From: Octopus sinensis
Lineage: Eukaryota
Reading direction: 5' to 3'
DNA: 64,000 bases
NCBI RefSeq assembly: GCF_006345805.1
Contig: NC_043018.1
Coordinates: forward strand, 6,820,001-6,884,000
Under the pieces are notes generated by a model that did no database searches, was not told the origin of the DNA, and saw only the letters and a program-made list of their open reading frames with translations. The position numbers and the translations under genes were made by a program. This document shows positions 12,472 to 25,298 of the stretch, piece by piece (within the stretch, counting starts at the first letter, position 1; each line of letters begins with the position of its first letter).

Positions 12472-12830
12472 ATCAAAATCGATCAAAATCAATGGAAATT
12501 GAGGTGGTGATATCAGTGCCGGTGGCACATAAGAGAACCATCCGAATGTGGCTGTTGCCAGCGCTGTCCTGACTGGCCTCCGTGCCGGTGGCACATAAAA
12601 AGCACCAACTGATTGTGGATGTTGCCAGCCTCCTTTGGCCTCTGTGCCAGTGGCATGTAAATAGCACCCACTACACTCATGGAGTGGTTGGCGTTAGGAA
12701 GGTCATCCAGCTGTAGAAACACTGCCAGATCAGACTGGGCCTGGTGCAGCCTTCTGACTTCCCAGACCCCAGTTGAACCGTCCAACCCATGCTAGCATGG
12801 AAAGCAGACATTAAATGATGATGATGATGA
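12472..12830 (+). mobile_element. RTE LINE 3' UTR copy
   Basis: Repeat units and (GAT)n tail. Confidence 0.85.
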
Positions 12831-13019
12831 CTTTTAAAATCTGTATTTGTATTATTATCTTATCTATTGATTTATATAATATTTTTGTATGCTTTTGATG
12901 TTCTCATTTGTAAAAGGAATAAATAATCCAACATTATATCTGTAAGTTGATGAACAAACCAAATTTGTTCTCCATTTTCTTATTTGTATTATATACGTGT
13001 GTGTGTGTGTGTGTGTGTG

Positions 13020-13235
13020 TCTTTGTATCTGTTTGTTTCCCCCCACCCACCCCCACACACCTGACAACTGATGTTAATGTGTTTATGCCCCTATAACTTA
13101 ACGGTTTGGCAAAAGAGACTGATAAATAGGTAGTCAGCTTAAAGATAGAAGCTGATTTGCTTGACAAAACCCTTCCAGCGTTCCGGTGCTCCAGCATTGC
13201 CACAGTCAAAAGACTGAAACAAATATAAGAATAAA
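13020..13235 (+). mobile_element. CORE-type SINE, 3' module only
   Basis: Ends GGTGCTCCAGCATTGCCACAGTCAAAAGACTGAAAC. Confidence 0.7.
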
Positions 13236-13260
13236 AGTGTATATGTATATACATAATATG

Positions 13261-13292
<32 letters not shown>

Positions 13293-13294
13293 AT

Positions 13295-13634
13295 ATCAAA
13301 ATCAATGGAAATTGTAGTTGTGATACCAGTGCCGGTGACATGTAATAGAACCATCCGAACGTGGCCATTGCCAGCACTGCCTCGACTGGCCTCCATGCCA
13401 GTGGCACGTAAAAAGCACCAACCGATCATGACCGTTGCCAGCCTCGCCTGGCACATAAAAAGCACCCACTACACTCTCTGAGTGGTTGGCATTAGGAGGG
13501 CATCCAGCTGTAGAAACTCTGCCAGATCAGACTGGAGCCTGGTGCAGCCTCCTGGCTTCCCAGACCCCAGTTGAACCATCCAACCCATGCTAGCATGGAA
13601 AGCGGACGTTAACCGATGATGATGATGATGATGA
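13295..13634 (+). mobile_element. RTE LINE 3' UTR copy
   Basis: Repeat units and (GAT)n tail. Confidence 0.85.
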
Positions 13635-14058
13635 TATATATGTATGTATATATGTATATATGTATGTATGTATGTATGTATGTACATAGAAACATTCATA
13701 CATGCTCAAGCATAGTACATGCTAACATACACAAAAGACTTCATACAGTCATACACACACAGAAGCACATACAGATATATGTATATATGTACGTATAAAC
13801 ACACACAACATTACCATTTCACATTTGCCTTCCATGCTTGAGTCGGTTGGATGGTTTACAACAACTGATGATTTAGAGGACCGTGTCCTGCTCCACTGAT
13901 TCAGTTTTGCCATGGTGTCTATGGTTGGATATCCTTCCAAATGCCAACCATTTTATAGAGCATACTGCATGCTCTTTTTTATGGCACCAGCACTAGTGAG
14001 GCCATCTTGCCATTGGCAAGACTAAACAGCAATAACACATGAAATAAAAGAAGTGAAG

Positions 14059-16110
14059 ATAGATTTTTATGTGCCACCGGCACAGAGGCCAGAGGAGGCT
14101 GGCAACGGCCATGATCGGTTGGTGCATTTTACATGCCACTGGCATTGTCCACATTCCGATGGTGCTTTTTACGTGCCACCGAGCACGGGTATCATAGCTA
14201 CAATTTCCATTTGATTTTCATTTTGATGTTGATGTACTTGACTCAATAGGTCTCCACAAGCACAGCAGGTTGAACTATGATCCAAGGTACTTTGGAATGG
14301 GCTGGGGCTGGTTATGCAAAACTGGTGTAGGATACAGCCATGAACTCACTTTATTTGTCAGGTCTTCGCAGTCACAGCATATCTCTGGAAGTCTTGGTCT
14401 TTCATCATTGCCTCTGTGAGGCCCAATATTTGAAGGTCATGCTTGACCACCTCATCCCATGTCTTCCTGGGTCTACCTCTACTCCGGATTCCTTCAACTT
14501 TTTGGGAGTGACACTTCTTCACACATCTCTCCTCATCCATCCATAGTACATGACCATACCAGCACAAACATCTCTCTTGCACGCCACATCCAATGCTTCT
14601 TATGTCCAACATTTCTCTCAGTGTGCTTACACTCTGTTGTGTGTGCACACTGACATTACACATTTAGTGCATCATGCTAGCTTCGTTTCTTTCGAGCCTA
14701 CGCATGTCCTCCGAAGTCATGTCCCATGTTTCACTGCCGTGAAGCATGGTAGTTTGCACACATGCATCATACAATCTACCTTTCACTCTGAGTGAGAGGC
14801 CCTTTGTCACCAGTAGGAGTAGAAGCTTTCTAAACTTTGCCCACGCAATTCTTAATTTAGTGGTAACACTCTCTGAACATCCACCCCGACTACAGACTTG
14901 GTCACCTAGGTAGCGGAAGCTATCAACTACTTCTAGTTTCTCCCCCAAGAGTGTAATGGAATTTGTTTTCTGAGCATCTGTAGTGTTTATTACCCCTATG
15001 CATCTGCTGCACATGAAAGCTATCTTATCAGTTAATCTTCCTTTGATGTTGCTGCACCTCTTATGTGTCCATAGCTTACACTGGGTACATCTTATGGAGT
15101 TTCTACCTACACCTTTTCTACAGGTCGAACAGGGCCACTACCTGAGGGTGTGTGTGATGTTTACGCCTTCCTACATACTAGAACTTTGATCTTTGCTACA
15201 TTGACTCTAAGGCCTTTTGATTCTCAACCTTGCTTCCACACCCGAAATTTATTTTCTAGTTCTGGTAGTGATTCTGCTATGAGGGTCAGATCATCAGCAT
15301 AGAGGAGTTTCCAGTGGCAATCCATCTTGAATTCTTCTGTTATTGCCTGGAGGACTATGATGAATAAAAGGTGAGTGAGGGCTGAACCTTGGTGGACCCC
15401 TACTTCTACCTGGAATTCTTCACTATACTCATTGCCAATCCTAACCTTAATCTCTGTATAGGGCCTGTATAGCCCTTATTAACCATTCATCAATCCCTAG
15501 TTTCTGCATTGCCCACCAGATAAGGGATCAGGACCCTGTCAAAGGCTTTCTCCAAGTCCACAGAAGGTAAGTATAGGGGTTTATCTTTAGCTACGTATTT
15601 CTCCTGCAGTTGTTGAACCAGGAATATGGCATCAGTGGTGCTTCTACCTGGTACAAAACTAGACTACATCTCATCTAAGCAGACTCTCTCCTTAATGAGA
15701 TGGGCTTTGACCTTCTCTGTGACCTTCATCACCTGATCCAGCAGTTTGATACCCCTGTAGTTATTTCTATCAAAAGCATCACCTTTAGCCTTGTAGCAGT
15801 TGACTATGGTGCTGCTACGCCAGTCATTAGGTATGACTCCATCATGAACTACCTGGTTTACAATGCAGGTGACTAGGCCACAGCCCACACCACCAGATGT
15901 TTTAAGCATCTCAGGATTCCTGATGGGCCGGGTGCTTTTCTGGCTTCTTACCCTTAAATGCTTTATCTACAAGGGAGCTGTCTATTCGGATAGCTGGTCC
16001 CCCTACTGGGTCAACATTTGGCAGGCTCTCCTCCTCCCATTTATTCTCCACGTTTAGCAGTCTTTCATAATAGCCTCTCCAAGCCTCTTTCTTTTCCTTG
16101 AATTTAAATC
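14059..16110 (-). mobile_element. RTE-clade LINE, 5'-truncated and frameshifted reverse transcriptase plus part of the 3' UTR
   Basis: IPNDWRSSTIVNCYKAKGDAFDRNNYRGIKLL, VDLEKAFDRV, EVVDSFRYLG, LHGSETW, WYGHV and RGRPRKTW motifs. Confidence 0.95.
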
Positions 16111-16559
16111 CTGATTTCTTCACGAAGGACCAAGTCAGCAGTGTAAAGAATATATATAAAGGGACTCTATGTGTGCAGATATGGAGACAATGATCCAAAT
16201 AAACAGATAAAACCTTAGGTTTTAATGTACAAAATATATATATATGTATATTATATTTACAATATTTAATATAATTAATTTATGTTAATTTGTTCATATA
16301 ATTGCTTCTATAGCTGCTCAACTTGATCCGTCTTACAGCCATTCTTACCGAATTGATCCCCTGAAAAGAGATTGGAGCATAACACACAGCACCGTCTGAG
16401 AATTGAAATTACCACCTCATGATTGCAAGCCTAATACTCTAACCACTGAACCTTCACATGCACATGTATATATGTAGATAGGGGTATATATTATGTATGC
16501 ATATGTATGTATATATGTGTATATACATACATATCTAAACACATACATGTATATGTATG

Positions 16560-16850
16560 CTTGTTCCTTCTTGAGCCATACCTGGCTCATTAGGGCTGGT
16601 TTTCCGGTTTCCTTGGCATATAGGTTCCCCACCTAGATGGGACACCGGTGCATTGCAGGTGAGCTGCAAGATACAGGAGAAAAGTTGAGGTGAAAGAGTC
16701 AGCAGAAGTTTGCCATTACCTCCTGCTGGAGCCGCATGGAGCTTAAGTGTTTTCGCTCATAAACACTCACATCGCCCAGTCTGAGATTCAAACCTGCGAT
16801 CCCTCGATTGCGAGTCTGCTGCTCTAACCACTAGGCCATGTGCCTCCACA
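16560..16850 (-). mobile_element. tRNA-derived V-type SINE
   Basis: Reverse complement GTGGAGGCACATGGCCTAGTGGTTAGAGC head; homologous to 30621-30930. Confidence 0.75.
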
Positions 16851-16881
16851 TATATATGTATACATACATACATATACAAAC

Positions 16882-16943
<62 letters not shown>

Positions 16944-17439
16944 TACGTGCTAAAAAAAATTTGGAACCTGTATTATCAACTGACCAACTTCATTGTTTGC
17001 TTAATTCCTTGTCTGCATATATCCATCTGTCTGCTCACTACTGTTTGCTTACCTGTCTAATTGTCTGTGCACCTGTCAGACTGGCTGTCATATTTTACAT
17101 CTATCTATCTGTCTATATTTATCTATCTATCTATATGTCTGTCTGTGTATATGTCTGTCTACCTCTGTCATCTATCTCTCTAAATATGTATCTATATCTA
17201 TATGCATGCACACACACACACACACACACACATATATGTCAATTTCTCTCTCTCTCTCTCTCTCTCTCTTTATATATACGTCTTCTCTTCCAATCTCTCT
17301 CTGTCTATCTGTTCCACACACTCTCTCTCTGTTTATCTATCTGTCTATCTCTTTGTCTGTCTGTGTTTCACCCATTACATCTGCCATTGGCTTCAATGCA
17401 TAATATCCTACCATCATATGACTTCGCCTGCACCACCAT

Positions 17440-18344
17440 CCTTACCATTATCCCCACCACCACTACTACCACCACCACCACCACCACCGCAACCACCACC
17501 TACACCAACACCACCATCACCATCACAACAATACCACCATAATATTACTGCTATCATTATCTTTAATAGTACCACCACCATCACCAGTACAATTACTACC
17601 ACCTTAACTGTCACCACCACCAACACTAACACAACTAGCACCCCCACCACTACTATCACCAATACAATTACTACCACCATAACTGCCACCACCACCACCT
17701 CCACTACAACTACTGTTACCAACACTTCACACACACCACCACCAACACCACCATCACCACCATCATTGCAACCACCACTACCACAACAAGCACCACCACA
17801 ACCACCATCACCACCACCACCACTACCACCACCGCCACCACCGCCACCATCATCATCATCATCACCACTACCACATCATCATCATCGCCATTTTCATCGA
17901 TGATAACACCACAACTACCACTACTACTACAACCACTACCACCATTACCAGCACAATTAACACCACCACCACCACCACCATCAAAAACAACCTAACCACA
18001 AAACCAAACCACTCAACAACAGCACTGCCGCCACTCTTGCAGAGCCTCTGAGAATTTGGAAACAAAAGATCCAGCTTTCCTTCCTTACTTCCTTCCTTCC
18101 TTCTACCCTTAATACCCACCGATCCACCCACCCTATCCAAGTGAATGTCCCTACTGCTATAATCCACCCCTTCCTCTTTCTCCCCTACCTCTGCCTTCTC
18201 CTTGTAAAACCACTCATGCATGATGTTAATGTAGTTTGTATGGATGTCCATACAACACATTAGGCATTCAGAAATGTCAGGAAAATACTCTTTCTCTCTC
18301 TCTCTCATTCTCTCTCTCTCTCTCTCTCTCATCTCTCTCTCATT

Positions 18345-18396
<52 letters not shown>

Positions 18397-18413
18397 CTCT
18401 CTCTCTCTCTCAT

Positions 18414-18469
<56 letters not shown>

Positions 18470-18470
18470 G
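17440..18470. repeat. (ACC)n-like low complexity followed by (CT)n
   Basis: Direct inspection. Confidence 0.85.
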
Positions 18471-18699
18471 TCTATCTATCTATCTAACTTGTTCTATCAC
18501 TCTTCTACTCTTCCACCCCACACTCTATCTAAACTAACTGCATCACTGCATTTTTATCTATCTGTTCTGTCTATCTGTCTGTCTCTCTCTCTCTCTGTGA
18601 CACATTTGTTATTTCGATCAATATTCATTGTCTATTGTCTTGTATCATCTATGTCTGTCTGTCTGTCTCTCTCTCTTTCTCTCTCTATATGTATGTGTG

Positions 18700-18734
<35 letters not shown>

Positions 18735-18739
18735 TAATT

Positions 18740-19125
18740 CATTTACTTGTTGCAATCATTTGACAGTGGCCATAGTGAAGCACTGCTTTTAGTCGAACAA
18801 ATCGTCCCCAAGACTTATCCTTTGTAAGCCAAGTACTTACTCTATCAAAATCTTTTTGCCAATCCGCTAAGTTACAGGGATGTAAACACACCAACCTCAG
18901 TTGACAAGCGATGGTGGGGAGAAAAACACAGACACACACACACATATATATATATATATTTATACGACAGGCTTTTTTCAGTTATAGTCTACCAAATCCA
19001 CTCACAAGGCTTTGGTTGGCCTAAAGCTATAATAGAAAACACTTGCCAAAGATGCCATGCAGTGGGACTGAACCTGGAACCATGTGGTTGAGAAGTAAAC
19101 TTCTTACCACACAGCCATGCCTGTG
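18740..19125 (-). mobile_element. CORE-type SINE, full bipartite copy
   Basis: Head, internal microsatellite and 3' module. Confidence 0.85.
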
Positions 19126-19374
19126 GGTGCATTGATGTAATGGTAAAACACTTATTGCGAATATATAGTGGTGTGGGTTTGAGTCCCATGCATACAGAAA
19201 GACCACTTTTTTCCATCAAGGGCTTACATAAGCCCTCCATGGAAAAAAATGGATTTTAGGTCCCAGTATTAGACCATTTTCTTTAGTAAATACACAGTAA
19301 TTGCTTATTAGCTTTAAGTTTAGAAAATATTATCATTATTTACAAATATATATATATATATATATATAAACAAC

Positions 19375-19870
19375 TTATAAACAAGGGCAAAAGAAAAAAT
19401 TCTAATGCCAAATATGTCGAAAATAGACAACTCGTCAATAACCATATAATTTATCACTATATGTGTCTCGAGGTGTGCTGGAGAATTTCTATTTTGGATA
19501 TATATGGGGTACATAAGTGTGCTCATGACTTAGTGTTTGCTTCTCCCATGGGTACAAGTAAGTATTTAATTTATTTCTTACCGTATTTATCGCTGACGAG
19601 GGGAAAATTCTTATGAATTAACTCTGAAATTGGGACCGATATGATAATAACGGAATCTTTTAGAAATTTCTGTTGGCTTACTTTGAGACGCTTACTTATA
19701 GTGATAAATTATAATGGTTATTACAATTTTGTCTTTTTTCGGCATATTTGGCATCAGAATTTTTCTTTTGCCCTTGTTTAAAAGTTCCTTATAAATTTAA
19801 CCTTTAAAGGTATTTTTTAATATGCTGGCCATTGATAGAATTTTTTTCGAAAAATTTTATCCTATATTAG
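19375..19870 (+). mobile_element. Fold-back Penelope-like fragment with a degenerate hammerhead
   Basis: Inverted arms 19375-19470 and 19683-19780. ATCG-CTGACGA-GGGG...CTCT-GAAA...CGAT at 19589-19640 with a mutated stem III. Confidence 0.65.
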
Positions 19871-19873
19871 ATG

Positions 19874-19923
<50 letters not shown>

Positions 19924-20279
19924 TATTCTTTCAGTTTCCATCTACCAAATTCATGCACAAGGCTTTGGTTAGTCTAGCACTATAGCAGACATTTCTCTAA
20001 TGTGCGATGCAGTGGAACTGAGCCCAGAAGCATGTGGTTGGGAAGCAAGCTTCTTACCACACAGCCACGCCTGAACCTATATATGTGTGTGTGTGTGTGT
20101 TCCCAAAATTATATGGAAGCACAGAATGTACACACAAGATGTTGGTAAAACTTCAGCAGTTACCATCCAAAGCATTGTAAGGAAAAATTGAATTGTCACC
20201 ATTTGTAACTGAGGGTGCTGGATGGTACTTATATTGCTAGAAATAAGAGTTAAAACGCTCAGAACTATAAGCACATTTT

Positions 20280-20745
20280 CATACCCTCCATCAGGCAGTT
20301 GCCATATTCAGAACACCTTACCTCCCTGGGCATGGATACATTGAAACTCCGACGTCTAGTAGCTGACTTGGCAGACACCCATAAAATCATTAACCATCTT
20401 ACAAACAATAACTCTGAGCACCTTTTCAAACTCCACCCGTCTAACACCTGTGGACATGTTTACAAAGTCAGAAAACAGCACAGCTCCCATGACTTCCGAA
20501 AACATTTTTTCACGCTAAGAGTTGCTGAAGCATGGAACAAACTGCCGGCATCAGTTGTTAGTTGTCGGAGCACTGCATCCTTCAAAACTTCCATGCTTCC
20601 TGAGATTCGCCAACACACGCAAGCATGTATCTGATTCATATACTGTTCACTTCCCAGACATTTGTACATTACTGCATATGCTTTATACACACTTTTGACA
20701 AGTTGTGGTGCACCTTAGCACTGTATACAATAATTTCATTATATT
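20280..20745 (+). mobile_element. CR1-type LINE 3' end
   Basis: IPSIRQLPYSEHL...LRRLVADL...GHVYKV...FFTLRVAEAWNKLP...SFK; ends in an (ATT)-like tail. Confidence 0.9.
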
Positions 20746-21234
20746 ATATTATATACCGAGAGGGGAGATAACCACTCCTTGAGCAAAGCTAGATCACTGG
20801 ACTAGACTACTCCATCACTGAATGGTTTAGCTAAGACCAGACTATCAGTACATATATTTACCGTACATTTGTATGGCTGAGTTAGCATTGTTTTAAACCT
20901 GAAACTATGCAAGTTATAAGAAATAGTACAAGTTGATGATTTGTACTTTTACGTTGTATTTCAAATATTTGGGGGTTAGGACCTCTTTTTCAAGGAATCT
21001 TTGCAGAAATGGTGTTATGACGCTGACCTCTCTGTTCTGTAGTGAATTGTAATATTGGAGTACCAGGTAAAAGTGCAAAACCATTCATTTGTATTATTTC
21101 TTATAACTTGCTTTCTTTTGGTTTTATAAACATAAACTTAAAAAACATTCACCTTTCTATGCATCTGTCAATCAATCAATCAATTGATCTACCTGTTGGT
21201 CTGTCTATGGAAGTGAACAGGTGTGTGTGGGCAC

Positions 21235-21272
<38 letters not shown>

Positions 21273-21279
<7 letters not shown>

Positions 21280-21570
21280 TAGAAAAAAAACCCTACCTTT
21301 TATCAATTCAAAATGAACAATTAAATTACACCATCTAGAAAATATATATAATAGAAATGTTAAAATTAAAATAACAATATTATACCAATGATTAAGTAAA
21401 TTGCAAATTATTAATATAAATGTATATATTTTTTTATTATTATTTTGCAATTTACTTAATCATCGGTATATTATTGTTATTTTAATTTTAATATTTCTAT
21501 ATGTAATTTTCTAGATGGTGTAATTTAATTGTTCGTTTTGAATTGATAAAAGGTGTTTTTTTCTAATTTA
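21273..21570. repeat. AT-rich fold-back inverted repeat flanked by (TA)n
   Basis: Arms about 21273-21407 and 21444-21570, imperfect. Confidence 0.85.
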
Positions 21571-22362
21571 TATATATATATGAGGCGTTAGGAAGGGCAT
21601 CCAGCCGTAAAAACACTGCCAGATCTGACTGGGCCTGATGAAGCCTTCTGGCTTCACAGACCCCAGTTGAACCGTCCAACCTATGCTAGCATGGAAAACG
21701 GACGCTAAACGTTGATGATGATGATGATGATGATATATGTTATATTTTGTGAAATTTGATTTAGTATTTCTAAATTGAAGTTTTCCCTGTAAGTTAGGAA
21801 TAATATTCCCTCAAATAATTATTATATTTATAAAGTCACAACTGACAGAACTATTTCTGTCATTCATGATTCTATATACTCATTGTTTTCTCTATTATTG
21901 TACTATGTATTCCATATGTTTCGTAGAATGATACATTAAGGAGCTTTTATTTCTGAATAATAGCAGATTACTTGAATCCGTATACTGTAACTTAAAAAAT
22001 AAAATATATATTCACATATTTCACTATGGAGCTGCCAGCAAGCAGCCTTTTTTTCCATTTTCTAAGAGTAAATACCCAATCTTTCTTGTGCTTTTGGACA
22101 TGTATACTACATTCAAAATTTACTTTGTAGTTTGTAAAATTCCAACACACTTATAAGGTCTATTTATAAAATATCCCCATATGTGTGTGTGTATGTATGT
22201 GCATGCAGGTATGTCTCTCTCTCTATATATATATATATAAATCCTTAAATCCTTAAAAATGTTTTAGCCCGAAGGCCGCGGCCATGCTGGGGCTATAAAT
22301 TAGAGATAATTTGATTTAATACTAAATTGAATTTTTCCCTGTAAGTTTGAAGTTATACTCCC

Positions 22363-22408
<46 letters not shown>

Positions 22409-22429
22409 ATATATATATAATTGCATGTG

Positions 22430-22620
22430 TATCGTTGGCAATTTTCTTCCTCTGTCTTCCCTTCCTTTCGACTTTCCTCTATTTCTGATGAAGAGCATGG
22501 CTTGAATTGTTAAATCCTCTTTCCTTCCTTTCCTGAGCGTCTGATAATATAGTATTTGTACCACATCCTCGCATTATTGTTTTTTCTTTTTTGTTCCTCT
22601 TTGTTTGGATTCACTATATA
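22430..22620 (+). mobile_element. PLE pseudo-LTR-like fragment with a decayed canonical hammerhead
   Basis: TTT-CTGATGA-A-GAGC...GCTT-GAAT-TGTT-A-AA. Shares TTCCTGAGCGT with the three CTGTAGA copies. Confidence 0.6.
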
Positions 22621-22646
22621 TATATATATGTGTGTGTATTTACATG

Positions 22647-22867
22647 TAGGTGGGTGCTGAAAAGTTCCTGGCTTTAAGGGTATTGTGAAAGACCTGGTTG
22701 AGGGTCCCAACTGTCTGAGTTCTTTTACAGAGATTAGGAAAACTGAAGGACAGCTGTCAAAAGTAGGTGAATCCGAGAGGGGAATATGTTCAATAAAATC
22801 ATAATCAACTGATCTTCCCGTATTTACTTTTATTCAAAGCAAGGAACTTTTCAGCAACCCCTTTGTA
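22647..22867. mobile_element. Complete Tc1/mariner-type MITE
   Basis: TIRs (G)TGCTGAAAAGTTCCTGGCTTT and AAAGCAAGGAACTTTTCAGCA, TA-flanked. Confidence 0.8.
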
Positions 22868-23096
22868 TACACACTTAATCAGAAACTAATGGTCAGCTGG
22901 AGACAATAGTCCAAGCCCAAGGTGCAGCACAGTAAGGCTCAGTCCAAAGCTCTGTGTTTGCAAAGTAAATTTCTTAACAACACAGCAACATGTTATTTGG
23001 CATGGTAATGGGGAGCTATGGCAGTGCAGAGAAAGCTGACCTTGTAGGCCTTTATATCCTAGATACTCTTAAAAAAGAAATAAAAGAAGTTAACAT

Positions 23097-23495
23097 AGGT
23101 GCAGGAGTGGCCATGTGGTAAGTAGCTTGCTTACCAACCACATGGTTCCGGGTTCAGTCCCACTGCGTGACATCTTGGGCAAGTGTCTTCTACTATAGCT
23201 TCAGGCTGATCAAAGCCTTGTGAGTGGATTTGGTAGACGGAAACTGAAAGAAGCCCGTCGTATATATATGTATATATATGTGTGTGTGTGTTTTTGTCCC
23301 CCTAGCATTGCTTGACAACCGATGCTGGTGTGTTCACATCCCCGTCACTTAGCGGTTCAGCAAAAGAGACTGATAGAATAAGTACTGGGCTTACAAAGAA
23401 TAAGTCCCGGGGTCGATTTGCTCGACTAAAGGCGGTGCTCCAGCATGGCCGCAGTCAAATGACTGAAACAAGTAAAAGAGTAAAAGAGTAAAAGA
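23097..23495 (+). mobile_element. Full-length CORE-type SINE (possibly octopus OR1/OR2-related)
   Basis: tRNA head with A/B boxes, CATCTTGGGCAAGTGTCTT, internal (TA)/(TG) linker, 3' stem-loop and (GTAAAAGA)n tail. The family name is recalled from the literature and not checked. Confidence 0.9.
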
Positions 23496-23514
23496 TATAT
23501 ATATATATATATTA

Positions 23515-23881
23515 ATAATATAAGGGTAAATAATTATTAATTTTAAAAAACCAGCAATTATTTCCAGGTAGATTTCAGTATGGAAATATGACCATTATCG
23601 GTAGGAACTTTTAAAAAAAAGTTATATATGTATATATAAAAGGGCAAGCAACATACCGAAAAATTAAAAATAGCTGTCAAAGACCGCTTATTTCTATTTA
23701 AGTTAGTTTGGAGGGATATTTTATGTTGGCAGATACCGTGTTGGCTCTCAGTTAAGTTCTAGACTACAATTAATCGTTTTGATCAGTATTTAATGTCAGT
23801 GACTGCTATTTGCTCACGCCGTGAATTCTTCCAATGGGTAATTCTGTGTATGCTTTGCTGGACAGTAAAAATTGTCTGGAG

Positions 23882-23916
<35 letters not shown>

Positions 23917-23950
23917 TAATCCAGACTATAATAATATATACTCCAGACTA
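23515..23950. mobile_element. Probable PLE pseudo-LTR remnant ending in a short fold-back
   Basis: Lies between (TA)n tracts; GTCTGGAGTATATA ... TATATACTCCAGAC inverted at 23875-23948. Confidence 0.4.
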
Positions 23951-24235
23951 TGTGCGTATGTGTATACAAATCTTCTTTCTATTGTTCCATTGTAGATTCT
24001 TCATTTCAATTATATTTCTTTTGTTAAGAATTTTATGAATGCTCTAATTGATTTTGCATTAGTTATAGAGTACTCTCAATGAAAAAAATATTTTGTTTAG
24101 AGGAATTAAGATGTGTTTTGGGAAGGAGGTGGTTGTCTGTTCTTCACACACAAACACACACACACACACACACACACACAAGACAGAGACATAGCGAATG
24201 AGACAGATAGATAGATATACACAGATAGACAGATA

Positions 24236-24316
<81 letters not shown>

Positions 24317-24633
24317 AAGACAGACAGATAGATAAAGATGGATATAGATAAATAAATAGATAGAGAAAGCGATAGAAAGATAGACTGAAGGAACAAGAGA
24401 CAGGGACAGACAAAGGTATGAAAGATATGAGGTGAGAAATAGAGAAAGAAAAAGAAAGAAAGAAAGAAAGAGAGAGAGACAGAGTGATTGGAAGAGAAAG
24501 TGTGTGTGTCGAGGAAAGAGGATAATGATGGTTGAGTTAAGGATAGTCCGTTTCAGAGAGAGAGAGAAAGAGAGGGAGAGAGAGAGATTGAGATGAGAGA
24601 AAAAGTGGGTTATAGAGAAATGGATCTACCAAT

Positions 24634-24670
<37 letters not shown>

Positions 24671-24900
24671 GGCCTTTATGACCCCTTTTGATCGAAAACC
24701 AACCCACCTTTTTTATCTCCAAAAAGAAAAGCTCTACCTTGTAATTTTTCCCGTCTGTGTGCAGCCCTGTGTGGCTAATAAAGAAACATATCTATTGGCC
24801 TGTCTATCTATCCATCCATCTATCTATCAGTCTGTCTGTCTATCTATCTGTCTGTCTGTCTGTCTGTCTGGTTGTCTGTCTATCTATCTATCTATCTATC

Positions 24901-25267
24901 TTGAGAGGCGGTTGGATGGAACCTACACTCGCCTCCTTATGAGAGCTCAAAATCTCTCGTGGAGGCGCCATCCAACTAAAATGCAAATATATGGGAAACT
25001 ACCACCTGTGTCATCTCTTGTGAAAAGTAGAAGAGTCCAGTTTGCTGGACATTGTTGTAGAACTGAAAAAGAGGTCATTTCTACTCTTCTCCTCTGGAAG
25101 CCATCTACTCGCAATACCAGAGGGCGCACACTCTCCTACCCTGATGTAATCTCCAGGGATACAGGCATCCAGCAACAGGACCTCCGTAATGCTATGATGG
25201 ACCGTGAAGTCTGGCGCAACATGGTAAATTCCATTGTCTCGACCACGGTCGAACAATGATGATGATG

Positions 25268-25268
<1 letters not shown>
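24901..25268 (+). mobile_element. RTE/RTE-X-type LINE C-terminus, 5'-truncated, inside (TCTA)n
   Basis: RRLDGTYTRLL...RRVQFAGHC...LLLWKP...RGRTLSYPDVI...AMMDREVWR, stop, then (GAT)n. Confidence 0.85.
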
Positions 25269-25298
<30 letters not shown>

